DNA of 57,616 bases, counting the filler, from Porpidia crustulata (taxonomy: Eukaryota): NCBI GenBank assembly GCA_964255105.1. It is 3 parts of 3 records of this genome, joined end to end, with 100 filler letters (N's around TTAATTAATTAA, not from the genome) between each part and the next. Parts side by side here need not be neighbours in the genome. Positions count along the whole stretch, not along the records: positions 1 to 19,181 come from CAXUWE010000149.1; positions 19,282 to 38,446 come from CAXUWE010000150.1; 1 more part is not named here. The stretch is one strand, 5' to 3'. Every line of letters starts with the position of its first letter. Position 1 is the stretch's first letter. Under the pieces are notes generated by a model. That model worked only from the letters and a program-made list of their open reading frames with translations, had not been told where the DNA came from and did not search any database. Made by a program: the position numbers and the translations under genes. Shown here piece after piece: positions 10,920 to 23,143 of the stretch.

Positions 10920-13900
10920 ATGACGCCCGAGCAGCTATACGGGTCAGATGATCCTCGAAGCAATCCTCAACAGAACGGCCATACCAACGGAGGGGCAAAA
11001 AGGCATGCCAATGGGCATACCAATGGACATACCAATGGACATACCAATGGGCACACCAATGGGCATTTCGACTCTGGTAGTAAGGAAGGCGCAGGCCCTG
11101 CGACCATGCCTATTGCTATAATCGGAATGGGTTGTAGATTTCCTGGCGATACCACTAGTCCGGAAAAGCTCTGGAAGCTATGTACGGAGGCTCGAAGCGC
11201 CTGGTCTGGGATACCACCCGATCGGTATAACCAAAAAGCTTTCTACCATCCGGATGGTGAGAGGAAAGGCACCGTAAGAATCTGAAGTGATTTATCAGCT
11301 ACAAGTGCTAATGTTTCGAAAGGCTAATGTCAACGGTGGTCATTTCTTGACGGAAGACATTTCCCTGTTCGATGCACCTTTCTTCAACATTACGACTGAG
11401 GAAGCTAAAGCTATGGATCCACAATTACGACTTCAACTAGAAACATGTTACGAGGCATTAGAAAGTGCAGGGATACCTATCGAAAAGATCGCCGGCACGA
11501 ATACATCTGTCTACGGTAGTTTGTTTACGAGAGATTACCATGACAGCATTATGCGTGACACAGAAATCATGCCTCGATACTTTGTTACTGGAAACGGTAC
11601 CGCTATGTTATCAAATCGAGTCTCATATTTTTTCGACCTCAAGGGCCCAAGTCTTACGGTCGATACGGGGTGTTCGACAAGTCTAGTGGCATTACATCTG
11701 GCCTGTCAAAGCCTACGGACGGGCGAGTCCAAAATGTCGTTGGTCGGTGGCTCAAACGTAATCCTAAATCCTGACATGCTCATTGGATTGAGTAATATGG
11801 GGTAAGTCATGTTTCACTGTACAACAGAGAGGTGGCTGACGAACGTTTCATAGTTTTCTTGGGCCTGACGGTAAATCGTACGCATTCGACCATCGTGCTG
11901 AAGGCTATGGACGAGGCGAGGGTGCAGCATGTATTATGATCAAACCCTTGGAAGATGCTTTACGAGATGGAGACCCCATCCGCGCTGTCATCAGAGAAAC
12001 AGCGGTCAACTCTGATGGCCTCACCAAAGGAGTTACCATGCCAAGTCAGGTGGCCCACGAAGCTCTAATACGCTCGGCCTATAGAAACGCTGGTCTGGAC
12101 CCGTTGGAAACTGGTTATGTTGAGGCCCACGGAACAGGTACCAAAACTGGAGACCCCTTAGAGACAGGAGCTATCAGTTCTGTGTTTGGAAAAAACCGCC
12201 CCGCGGGAAAGCCGCTTTACGTTGGATCTGTTAAGACAAATGTTGGTCACTTGGAGGCTGCCAGCGGTCTTGCGGGCATTATCAAAGCGGCATTGGCTGT
12301 CGAGAAAGGAATCATTCCTCCTAATATAAATTTCGAAAGGGAGAATGAAAAACTCACGCTCGAGGAGTGGAACATGAAGGTCAGTTTCAGTCGCAATTCT
12401 TGGTGGTATTAAGACTAACAGGTACTAGGTTCCACTAAGTCTAGTAAAATGGCCGTCCGATGGTGTGCGCCGGGCTTCAGTGAATAGCTTAGGGTACGGT
12501 GGCACCAACGCACACATTATACTGGAGAACCTAGGGAATCTATCCAAAGTGGCGGACACGTCCACCACGAACAATCATAGCGAAATCGGTATTCATCAGA
12601 ATGGCCACAGCCAAGGTATCCAACGGAATGGCGCATACCGTAATGATAATGGCGTGGGCATCAATTTGGTTCACCAAAACGGCTACGAGTTGAAACTGCA
12701 GAGGCTACAGGCGCTACAATCAATCGAAGAGATTACTGACCGACCATTGATTGTCCAGATAAGCGCGAAGCATGAGGAAGCGATCCAGCAAATGAAGATT
12801 AGCCTGAGCGCGCATCTCCGTGATCAGAAAGAGGTTGCTGAGAGATCGTTCATTGAGAATCTGGCGTTTACGCTTGGTCAACGTCGCTCCGTGTTCTCCT
12901 GGAGCCAGGCCTTTCCCACTACCTCTGTTGCCGGACTGATAGAAGCCCTTGAGGACAAAAAATCCAAACCTTCCAGATCCTCCAAGGTTCCTCGGTTAGG
13001 CTTTGTATTTACTGGACAGGGAGCTCAATGGGCTCAAATGGGTAGAGAGTTGATTACAGCTTATCCTGTCTTCAAAGACTCAATCGATGAAGCTAACGAG
13101 TATTTGATGACTTTGGGATGCCCTTGGTCTTTGAAAGGTATGACCAATCCTTCATTTGATCATGGAGAATTTGCTGAAACTTACAGATGAGCTTGCTCGT
13201 GATGCTAAAACAAGCCAAGTTGGCACTGCAACAGTCAGCCAGCCTCTTTGTACTGCAATTCAAATTGGTCTTGTACGGTTGCTCCGATCATGGGGCATCA
13301 AGCCCTCGGCAGTCACTAGTCATTCCAGTGGTGAGATTGGAGCTGCCTTTGCGGCCGGAGCAATAAGTCTTGAATATGCAATGGCAGTTGCTTACTTCCG
13401 AGGGCTAGTCGCAATGAAGGCCCAGCAGAAATTACCAGGCCTCCGCGGTGGTATGCTTGCTGTGGGATTGTCCCAGGAAGAGACCGAGATGTATATCCAG
13501 AAAGTCACCTCGGGCAAGGTTGTAGTAGCATGTGTCAACAGCCCGTCAAGTGTCACCGTCTCCGGAGATGCGTCGGGCATCGAAGAATTGCAGCCAATGA
13601 TTGAGGCCGATAAGGCCTTTGCGCGCAGGCTAAACGTCGACGCAGCATACCACTCCCACCACATGCAAATCGTGGCTGAAGACTATCTAGAATGTCTGCG
13701 AGACTTCGAGCCTGAGGGCGATTTTGACGGCGTCATTTTCTCCTCATCCGTGACTGGAGGCCGCATTACATCGGCAAAGGAACTCGACTCTGGGCATTGG
13801 GTCCGAAATATTGTTCAACCGGTCCTCTTCAACGATTCTCTCCTCAATATGTGCCTAGAATCGCCAACCAGCAACGCGACACCTTCGATCGATATGTTGA

Positions 13901-16900
13901 TCGAGGTTGGTCCTCACAGCGCCTTAGCTGGACCCATTCGCCAAATCATGAAACGACCTCAGCTCAAGGATCTCACAGTACCCTACACGTCATGCTTGGT
14001 GAGAAAGGAAGATGCGGTCAAAACCACTCAGGCAATGGCTTCTCTTTTGTTGAGTAAAGGCTATCCTATCGATTTAGGCCAGGTCAACTTCCCAATGGGT
14101 ACGGGAAAACTTCAAGTTCTCCCTGATCTTCCTCCTTACCCCTGGAACCATAAGGTACGCCACTGGCATGAGTCCCGTATGAACCGGCAGCATCGCCTCA
14201 GACGCCACCAACGTCACGATCTTCTTGGGCTCCCAACCGTGGACTTCAACCCTCTAGCTCCAACATGGCGACAATTCGTTCGCCCTGCCGAGATCCCATG
14301 GGTGAGCGATCACGTCGTTCAATCGACTATTCTCTATCCAGCCGCTGGATTTATTTGTATGGCAATCGAGGCCTTGCGCCAGAGTACATCAACTGAGGTT
14401 GCTGGTTACCGACTACGTGATGTTGACATTCTCAAAGCACTTGTCGTCCCAAATACCTCGGATGGAGTTGAAATCCAATTGTCGCTACGATCATCGTCGG
14501 ACAGATTGCCAGGAGCGGAGAAATGGCAAGAATTTCATATCTACTCCATCGGTGAGAACGATGCCTGGAACGAACACTGCAAGGGTTTCATATCGTTGAT
14601 GTCTGCGCCTAATAGCGCGGCCATGAAATCGGGTTTCCAACATCACAGCAGCGCCTGTACCAATTCTGTGGATCCCAAGCTTGTGTACCAAGGGCTTCGT
14701 AAAGTCGGAATAAACCATGGTCCAGCGTTCCAGAATTTATCTAAGATTAGTACGGGTCCCAGCAAATCTCTCGGCGTCGTGACGGTTGGTGACATGATTT
14801 CCCTAATGCCCAACAAAACCCAGCAAGATCATGTGTTACATCCTACAACACTCGATGCAATCTTTGTCGCAATCTATCCAGCATTTTCAGGGGAAGGAAT
14901 GGAACACGAGACTGCAATGGTCCCGAAGTTCTTCAAGTCGATTTCTGTTTCGCACAACATCAGCAGCGCGATTGCTCATCAATTCGAAGTCCGTTCATGT
15001 GTCGAACGTAAGAACCTCCAAACAGTGGACGCCTCAATTTCCGTCGCCGACCTGGGCTCCTCATCTTCGCCAGTTATTGAGATAGATGGCTTTCGATGCA
15101 CGTCCGTCGGTATGTCTGCGACCGAGGAGAAGGAAGTCGAAGCAACCAAATTGTGTTTTGGCATGCGCTGGGAGCATGACATCTCGTTGATGACGCCTCA
15201 GGATTTCCACACTCTGTTCAAAGTGGAGCGTGAGCCTTCAGAAGCTGCGCTTGACTCAGAGCTACAGCAGGCAACTCTCCACATTATCAAAGACACCGTG
15301 GAGGCCATGACGACATCAGACCGGGACAGCCTAGCTCCCCATCACAAGGCCATGTATAATTGGATGGAGACACAATACAAACTCGGTGAACAAGGAAAAT
15401 TGGACCTCCAGACGCCTGAGTGGCTTCGTGCCAGTACATCCGCTAAGGAACAGCTCTTCGAGAAAGTCGAGAAAGCCAGCGTCAATGGCGAGCTAATGCT
15501 TCGTGTCGGAAGGAATCTACTTCAAATATTCCGCAAAGAAGCTGACGCACTAGAAGTCATGATGGAAGAAAAGCTACTACACACATACTACGGAAATGCA
15601 TTTGGACTGGACCGTATTTACAACCAGACTGCTTCCATCATCGACCGTTATGCCCACAAGAATCCCGGTGCAAATATTTTGGAGATTGGTGCGGGCACGG
15701 GTGGCTTGACACTTCCTGTCCTTCGAGCACTCAGTGGAAATGTGGGTGTCAATCCTCGCTTCAGCCATTATGATTACACAGATATCTCTGCGGGATTTTT
15801 CGAGACAGCAAGGGCCAAATTCAGCGAGTGGTCGGATTTGCTAAGCTTCAAGAAATTCGATGTTGAGAACGATGCGGCAGCGCAAGGTATCGAACCTGGC
15901 ACCTATGATCTAATTGTCGCATGTGATGTACTGCATGCTACCAAATCGATGGATGTCACAATGGCAAACGTGCGGAGGCTACTCAAGCCGGATGGCCATG
16001 TACTCATTGTCGAAGGCACGCGAGATACACCGCACTGTTCACTCATCTTCGGAACACTGCCCGGATGGTGGTTAAGTAAGTGAAGAAAGGATTTCCCCTC
16101 TCAGCCAGTATCTAACACATGACCTAGGTGAGGAAGCAGAACGCCGACTAAGCCCAAAGCTTACGACAGGATCCTGGAGGAGTCTGCTCCAGAGGACTGG
16201 CTTCAACGACTTTTCTGCATGCTTGCAAGATCAACAAGCAGAATCTAGTCACATTTACAGCGCAATGTTTGCCAAGGCCAGTGTAGAGGACCCCCAGGTG
16301 GAGTACCCTGCTGTATCGATCGTCCATGGCACCTCCATTCCTCCGGCTACCTGGCTCAAGAGCTTACAATCGTCTATCACGAATATTACAGGCCAAGAGC
16401 CGACCTGCGGTCCTTTGGAGAACTGTGATGTCCAAGGCAAAATCTGCGTCTTTTTGGGTGAAATCGATGACTCCATCTTAGCGCATCTCGATTCGGATAA
16501 TTTCCTCAGAATTCGACAACTTCTGGGTTCTGCTAAAGGTATACTTTGGGTGTCCCGTGGTGGTGCAATGGAGGCTTCAAGGCCGGAAGCCAGTATGATC
16601 ACAGGGCTTGTTCGAACCTTGAGGGCTGAGAACAGCGGAACGAGATACGCCACTCTGGATCTTGACGCACGTACCGATCTTCCAACATTCTCCATCAGAG
16701 CTGCAAGTGCTATCGTGGATACCTTCAAAGCTACTTTCGATTTCGAGACGGAACAATTGGACCTCGAATACGCAGAGCGGGACGGACTTCTCTACATACC
16801 TCGTGTCCTAGAAGATAGGGTGAATAATGATAACCTCACCGCTAGCACGCAAGTGTCGCCACCAGAGATACAGCCCTTCTATCAACCCGGTCGTCCTCTC

Positions 16901-19159
16901 CGCATGCATATCGGTACCCCAGGTATGCTAGATACGCTGCGATTCGAAGATGATGTTTCCACCAAGGATCCACTCCCCAGCGACTTTGTCGAAGTCGAGC
17001 CCAAAGCATTCGGGCTTAATTTCCGCGATGTGATGGTGGCCATGGGTCAGTTGAATGAGACGGTCATGGGCTATGAGTGCAGTGGTGTAATCAGCCGAGT
17101 CGGTTCCGGCATCTCCAACTTCAAGGTTGGTGACCATGTTTGCACGATGACGAAAGGTCACTACGCAAACTACATTCGCCTTCCAGGCGCCATTGTTGGT
17201 CACGTCCCCCACGATATGCCTTTCGAAAAAGCGGCGTCTCTGCCCATGGTCTTCTGTACTGCCTACTACGCGCTTTACGATATTGCTCGTCTCCAGAAAG
17301 ACGAGACAGTTCTGATTCACGCCGCAGCCGGTGGAGTTGGTCAGGCTGCAATTATGCTGGCGCGTCTAGTAGGAGCCAAGATATTTGTCACTGTTGGTAC
17401 CAAAGAGAAGAGAGCTTTCCTCACAGAGAAGTATAACATTCCTGCGGAACATATCTTCTCCAGCAGAGATGTTTCTTTTGCGCAAGGGGTGATGGCGGCG
17501 ACCAACGGCCAAGGTGTCGACGTTGTTCTTAATTGTCTCGCAGGTGAGCTTCTCCAAGAGACGTGGAACTGTGTCGGCGAGCTTGGTCGGTTTGTCGAAA
17601 TTGGCAAACGTGACTTGGAACTGAACAATCGACTTGAGATGGCTCCTTTCGTCCGAAGTGTCTCGTTCTCTGCCGTGGACCTCACATACTTGCTTAGAAG
17701 CAGACATCAAGTGATCTCCCGGATCTTGAAGCATGTTATGGAGTTGCTGAGCGAGGATGCCATCCAAGCCGTGCAGCCTATCACTGTCTTCCCGATTTCC
17801 GAGACTGAGCGCGCTTTCCGTCTCATGCAAGCAGGAAAGCATCAGGGCAAGGTGGTAATCAAGCCAAACCCAGAAGACACTGTCAAGGTACGTAGTCTCC
17901 TCGCAAAAAGACATTCTTTACTGATAATCTTCTAGGCCCTCAAAGCAGAGAGTAAATCTTTATTAAGGCAAGATGCTTCTTACATGATTGTTGGTGGACT
18001 TGGTGGTATCGGACGGTCCATCTCCCGGTGGATGGTAAAGAACGGCGCCAAAAACCTTGTGCTCGTCTCACGATCGGCGACAACACTGCCTAATGTCCAA
18101 GAACTCACGGACGAGTTGGAAAAGGCTGGCTGCAAAGTGGCAGTCCAGAGCTGCGACATTGCCGACTCGGCTCAATTCGCGAACATGCTGCAGAATCTTG
18201 CTGTCTCAATGCCCCCGATCCGTGGTGTCATTCAGGGTGCTATGGTCTTGAAGGTTTGTCCTCACATGCTCTCCACTAGAAGTATGCTAATCTTCTCATA
18301 GGATTGTGTTTTCGAATACATGCCCTACGAAGGCTATCAAGCAGCCATTCGCCCCAAAGTCCAAGGAACATGGAACCTACACAATCAACTTCCAAAGACT
18401 AACCTGGATTTCTTCGTCATGCTCTCGTCGGTTGTTGGCGTTGCTGGTAATCCCAGTCAAGCGAATTACGGAGCTGCCGGTACATTCCTCGACGCATTGG
18501 CCAGCCATCGTACCTCAAAAGGTCTTCCCGCAGTGTCTCTAGACTTCGGAATGATCCAGTCTGTCGGATACGTAGCCGAGAACGAAGCCGTAGCCGAGCG
18601 CCTTCAAAAGATGGGTCACCAAGCCATCAGCGAACCGGAAATGCTGACCCTGGTACAATTAGCAATCGAGAAACCCTTCGGCGAAGCAAACCAATGCCAA
18701 ATCGTCACCGGCCTCCAATCCGGCGCCGGCACCGCGACCCGCGATCCAGATCTGAAATTCAAAGCCCTGCGCCTCCAAAACCGCGCCCAAAACGCCGGCC
18801 AGACCAACCCTTCCGGCCGCGTCAACCTCTCCGAGCTCCTAGCGAGCGCAAAAACACTACCCGACGCCATCGACACCATCACCAAAGCCATCGCGACCAA
18901 ACTATCCGAAGACTTCATGATCCCCGCCGACGACATCGATCCCGCGCAGCCCGTGTCCGCCTTCGGCGTCGATTCTCTCGTCGCCGTGGAGCTGCGGAAT
19001 TGGCTCCTTAGTCAGACCAAGGCAGAGGTTTCGATTTTTGATGTGGTGCAGAGTAAGAGTCTGACGGCGCTGTCGACGCAGATTGCGGTAAGGAGTAAGT
19101 ATGTTGGTGCGGGGTTGAAGGGGGAGTTGGAGGTGCAGGTGGTGGGGAAGGGAGAGTAG
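10920..19159 (+). CDS. Highly reducing iterative type I polyketide synthase, KS-AT-DH-cMT-ER-KR-ACP (8 exons, about 2630 aa)
   Basis: Exons 10920-11273, 11323-11801, 11854-12379, 12429-13137, 13187-16075, 16128-17887, 17936-18253 and 18302-19159 have GT-AG introns and sum to 7893 nt, in frame. Motifs: [75 protein letters not shown]; c[62 protein letters not shown]. Confidence 0.97.
11005..11066 (+). repeat. Coding 12-bp tandem repeat (AATGGRCAYACC, about 5 copies) encoding NGHT repeats in the PKS N-terminal leader
   Basis: The sequence catgccaatgggcataccaatggacataccaatggacataccaatgggcacaccaatgggcat translates to [21 protein letters not shown]. Confidence 0.9.
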
Positions 19160-19181
19160 GGCAGTTGAGGGGTGGAGGTGT

Positions 19182-19281
19182 NNNNNNNNNNNNNNNNNNN
19201 NNNNNNNNNNNNNNNNNNNNNNNNNTTAATTAATTAANNNNNNNNNNNNNNNNNNNNNNNNNNNNNNNNNNNNNNNNNNNN
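19182..19281. other. Assembly gap / artificial spacer (N44-TTAATTAATTAA-N44)
   Basis: It is exactly 100 nt, with a central palindromic 12-mer giving stop codons in all six frames. An identical spacer lies at 38447-38546. Confidence 0.97.
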
Positions 19282-21877
19282 TCGCTCCCGCCAAGATTCA
19301 ACCCTCCCAGCCCGCTGATATCGCTGTCCCTGCGCCCGCCCTGAGCAAATGTAGACGCGTGGGGTGTGGCGCCGAACGTGCTATACGCGTCCGACGGCGT
19401 GACGAAGACGTTAGCAGGGATTGGCGAGGGAGCGCCGGTGGCAAAAGGGGGTGGGTTTTTGGTTGGAGAGCGATTGAGGGATGGAGACGAGGTGTATGGT
19501 GTTAAGGAGGAGGGCCGGAAGCGGGCGGTATGGAGGGATTGGGAGAGATGGATTGGTGGGGGGGAATGCTTTGTGGTCGTTGGGATTTGGGGTGAGAAGG
19601 AGGAGGTGATGCGGGTGTGCGAGGGTTGTTCCTGTAGGAGTGGTAGTATGGAGGAGGTCGCTGAGGGCGATGAGGGAGGTATTGGTGATGGCGCTAGGGC
19701 TGGGTGTCGGGACCGCCAGAATAGACCGTTCCGGAATTGGTTGATGGCGGTGCAGATTTCCTGAACGCTCATCACGACTAGTAATCCCAGTCCCAAGTTT
19801 TCCGAGCCTGTAGTATCTTGCAAGAACGGCTCTGATTGATTCATCCTCGCGATACCACCTAGGAAGATCGCTAGTCCAAGCTCGCTACCGAAGAGAAGCA
19901 TGTCACTCAGGCACCAGAATGCCTTGTCTGTTTGTATGACTCGGAACAAGTTCCTCCCGGCTACTACTGCCGCGAGGCCTAAGCTCGTCAGGCGGATGAG
20001 AGGTAATAAGCGCGTATACTCGGTGTAACCGCGATACCATGCCATGCTAGCGAGAGCGAGAAAAATGGTTAAGATGCTTTGGGAGGCTGTCGAGTGTTTG
20101 CTCTCTTGCACGGATTCTCCCTCTTGCTGTCGCGCGGCACGGATCTCAGCCGGCTCTTCCCCCAATGTGAAAACATTGGAGAAGATAGATTCAAGACCTG
20201 TGTCATCTCGGTGGTCCGATGGAGGAAAGAATTTCGGAGGTGCAAATTGAGGGGAAGAAGCAGCATTTCTGAAGGGTGAGGCCTCGCTGCCAACGTCCGA
20301 GAAGTCATCTTGGTTCTTGGGCGAGAGCATACGGTCGAAGAACTTTTGGGGTTGTGGTGTCGAGGATTTGAAAGGGAACGGCTGATTCGGAGCGTTGCGC
20401 AGTCTGTGATTTTGGCTCGTGGGATTTGGAGGTAGCTTCCCGTAGAACGGGCTTGGTTGTACTGCGGTAGGTTTTGCCTGCGAGGAACGATATGAGGAGG
20501 GAGGACGCAAAAACCCTTGGGATGGTGTCCAGTCCATAGTCTCAGAGTCATCTTCGTCTAAGGGTGGAGTGAGGGGGCCGCCAGCTGGAGGATACGACTG
20601 TTGCGGAGTAGGCGCAAGTCTCTCGATTGGGAACGGTAGGGTATGAGGACTTCCTCGCGTATTATGTACCTGTGAAGCTGTTCTCTGCGAAAATAGAGGC
20701 TGCTGCGGTATGTCCATGGGGGATTGCTGGGGTCGTTGAGCTGTTAGTGGCTCAGGATTGTTGTGAAAGTTGACCAAAGGAGCCGTATCAACATGGACAG
20801 TGCGATACGAAATTACAACAGACTATCCCCAATCAGCCTAGCTTTTGTAATCGGAGTAAAACTTACCAAAATAATGAAAACTAGCAGAAAAGTGTGAACT
20901 CCCTTTGCCGTTTGAGTATCGCTATCAGAGCTGAGATTCCACACAAGCACCCCCCACCCTGCGAAACGAACAACCAAGAATATGATCTGGAGTTTGTAAT
21001 ACTCGCTCATGCCTATGATCCGGTCAGGCCGAGGATTCACTATCTTGTCGAGCCTAGGATTCCACCATACGGATACCAGGCCAAGATAGAGCATGTAGCC
21101 AGCGCCGGAGCTATACACTTGAGAGCATGTTGACGGCACGTGTGAGTTCTGCAAGTTTTGCCGTAGGCAATTGATGAACGACACTGTAGTTTCCGCATCC
21201 TGCAGACCGTCTTCTACATGACATGTCGTGGCGGCATTGAGGAGATGCCACGAAAACTGCCCAAGAAGACTGAGATGCCACGCAATCCCCCCAACAGCAA
21301 CAGCAGCAAGCTTCCAGCCCCATACCTGATGTCTACCACCTGCTCCTTTCGTTTGCTGCATCATACGCCGCAGGTGGTCTGTCTTCGCCGCATACCCGGT
21401 CTGCTGTATCCTAGCGCGAACTCTTGGTTCACATTTCTCACATATTTGCGGATACCGTTCTTCAAGACTCCTACGATACCGAGGATACTCTATTTCATAC
21501 TTAATGTAATCTGGGTCGTCTGGCGAAGGGTAGTATTCAGCGAGTGATTGAGTCAGGAGATGTTGATTCTTGATACACGTTGGGCAGAAGATAGATTCTT
21601 CCGTCGTGAGAACTCCTGGGGATGCTGGTCGAGGTTGGGCATAGCGAATATGGTTAGGGTTCTGTAGAACGGGAGGATCTGTGATATCTCCATTCTACGT
21701 TTTTCGTCGTCAGCCAAAGGTATGTATGTCGAGGAATAGGAAGTAAATAACCTTGTCCAGATAATTCACAGCATCACATTTCTTGCAATGCCACTCTGGA
21801 AGTCCATGAGTATAATTTTGTGCTGACCGACAGCCGCAGTAGAAGCACTCGAGTTTCCGCTTTAGAAACCGCGACAT
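19282..21877 (-). CDS. ima1: Integral inner nuclear membrane protein Ima1 (3' end runs into the gap); exons 21877-21752, 21694-20867, 20822 to the gap
   Basis: The spliced N-terminus MSRFLKRKLECFYCG...WHCKKCDAVNYLDK/NGDITDPP...IFCPTCIKNQHL...LEERYPQICEKC...DHLRRM is the Cys-rich Ima1 N-terminal domain. It is followed by hydrophobic TM segments and the MDWTP and SPFYG motifs. Confidence 0.9.
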
Positions 21878-22364
21878 CCTGCAGAATTGTAAGGTAGTCT
21901 ACGGTGACGAGATGTTGTAAAAGACGCGGACTTTAGCCCGGAGATTCGGCTAGCGTGTATAAAACCTTTGACCGGAAATTTCGAGCAACTCCCTCTCACT
22001 TCTAAGACGAGGAAGTCATATCAACACTGAGTAGAATGATGACTTCACAGGAATTTGTTGTACCAGGTGCCAAAGCCATGGCCCATACCTAGTTGTGTCA
22101 TCTTCAATCTTTGCCTGTAATTTCCTCGAGCGAGAGCAAAGAGAACACAAAACATTTTCCTTTTAATTAACAACCATGTCGTCTGTACCCCGTCATGCAA
22201 ATGTGATTTAAGGAGGAATTTTCCCTGGTCATTTAGGGTTGGTGCAAACATCTGAAGTCCAAAGCTCGTTAGACGATCCATCTGGTTTAATACTCTGACG
22301 TCGACTACATTATTTGTAGTACAACACATAGTCACATCTTAAGCTGTCAACAAGTCATACCACT

Positions 22365-23143
22365 ATGCTGCTATCTTCCTCGTTACTCCTCGCCTTCCTT
22401 ATCCTCATCATCACTACTCTCTTCGTGAGTCCGCCTTTCCCTCATTGCTCCTCGCAGCAATAGCCCTGATCTCTGCGCAGCTCCGCCTCCTCTACATCCT
22501 CCCCAGCGTACACCCCACGCTACCCATTCCCCGCAAACGGGGTGCCGCTACACGTCTCCTTGTCGTCCTCGGTAGCGGTGGCCACACTGCAGAAATGCTC
22601 TCTTTTCTGACCGATCTTGATCCTCATTCCTACACGCACAGGAGCTACGTTGTCAGTAGTGGAGATGACTTCTCTGCTCGTAAAGCTGTAGACATCGAGC
22701 TGGAGATCGCTAGGAAGTTTCCCAAGGTACCCGAGAGCTATGACATCAGCTTCGTCCCTCGCGCCAGAAAGATCCACCAAAGCCTGTTAACAACGCCATT
22801 CTCATCACTCCGCTGTCTGTTGGCTTGTTTTTCTGTTTTGCGTTCTCCATCTAGACCTCCTTCGCCCTCAAACTCCAATACATACCCCGACCTCATCATG
22901 ACCAACGGCCCCGCAACAGCCACTATCCTCGTTCTAGCATCCCTTCTGCTTCGTTTCCTCGCATTGCCCGGCACGAGCAGGAAGATGCGCACCATATACG
23001 TCGAAAGCTGGGCGCGAGTGAAAGGACTGAGTTTGAGCGGGAGACTCCTGGTAGGCATAGGCGCTTGTGAGAGGATACTTGTGCAGTGGGAAGGTATAAG
23101 TAAAGCAGGGAAAGGAGAGTTTAGGGGAGTGCTAGTCCGGTGA
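22365..23143 (+). CDS. ALG14: UDP-N-acetylglucosamine transferase subunit ALG14 (exons 22365-22424, 22481-23143)
   Basis: It has an N-terminal hydrophobic anchor and the motifs VVLGSGGHTAEM, VPRARKIHQS, PDLIMTNGPAT, IYVESWARV and ILVQW. The GTGAGT...GCAG intron is phase 0. Confidence 0.95.

Noticed and set aside
10967..11155. Minus-strand ORF with CPLV repeats as a Cys-rich or RiPP-like repeat peptide
   Set aside because: It is the antisense reading of the PKS NGHT repeat, with no signal peptide or KR/Kex2 sites.
13392..18936. Multiple antisense and alternative-frame ORFs (60-182 aa) over the PKS
   Set aside because: They are shadows of a long coding sequence with codon bias and show no domain motifs.
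10920..19159. PKS split into several ORFs, suggesting a pseudogene or multiple genes
   Set aside because: All breaks are explained by seven canonical short GT-AG introns that keep the frame.
19226..19237. TTAATTAATTAA palindrome as a biological element (e.g. a piggyBac TTAA target or regulatory site)
   Set aside because: It is embedded symmetrically in Ns and repeated identically at 38491-38502, so it is an assembly linker.
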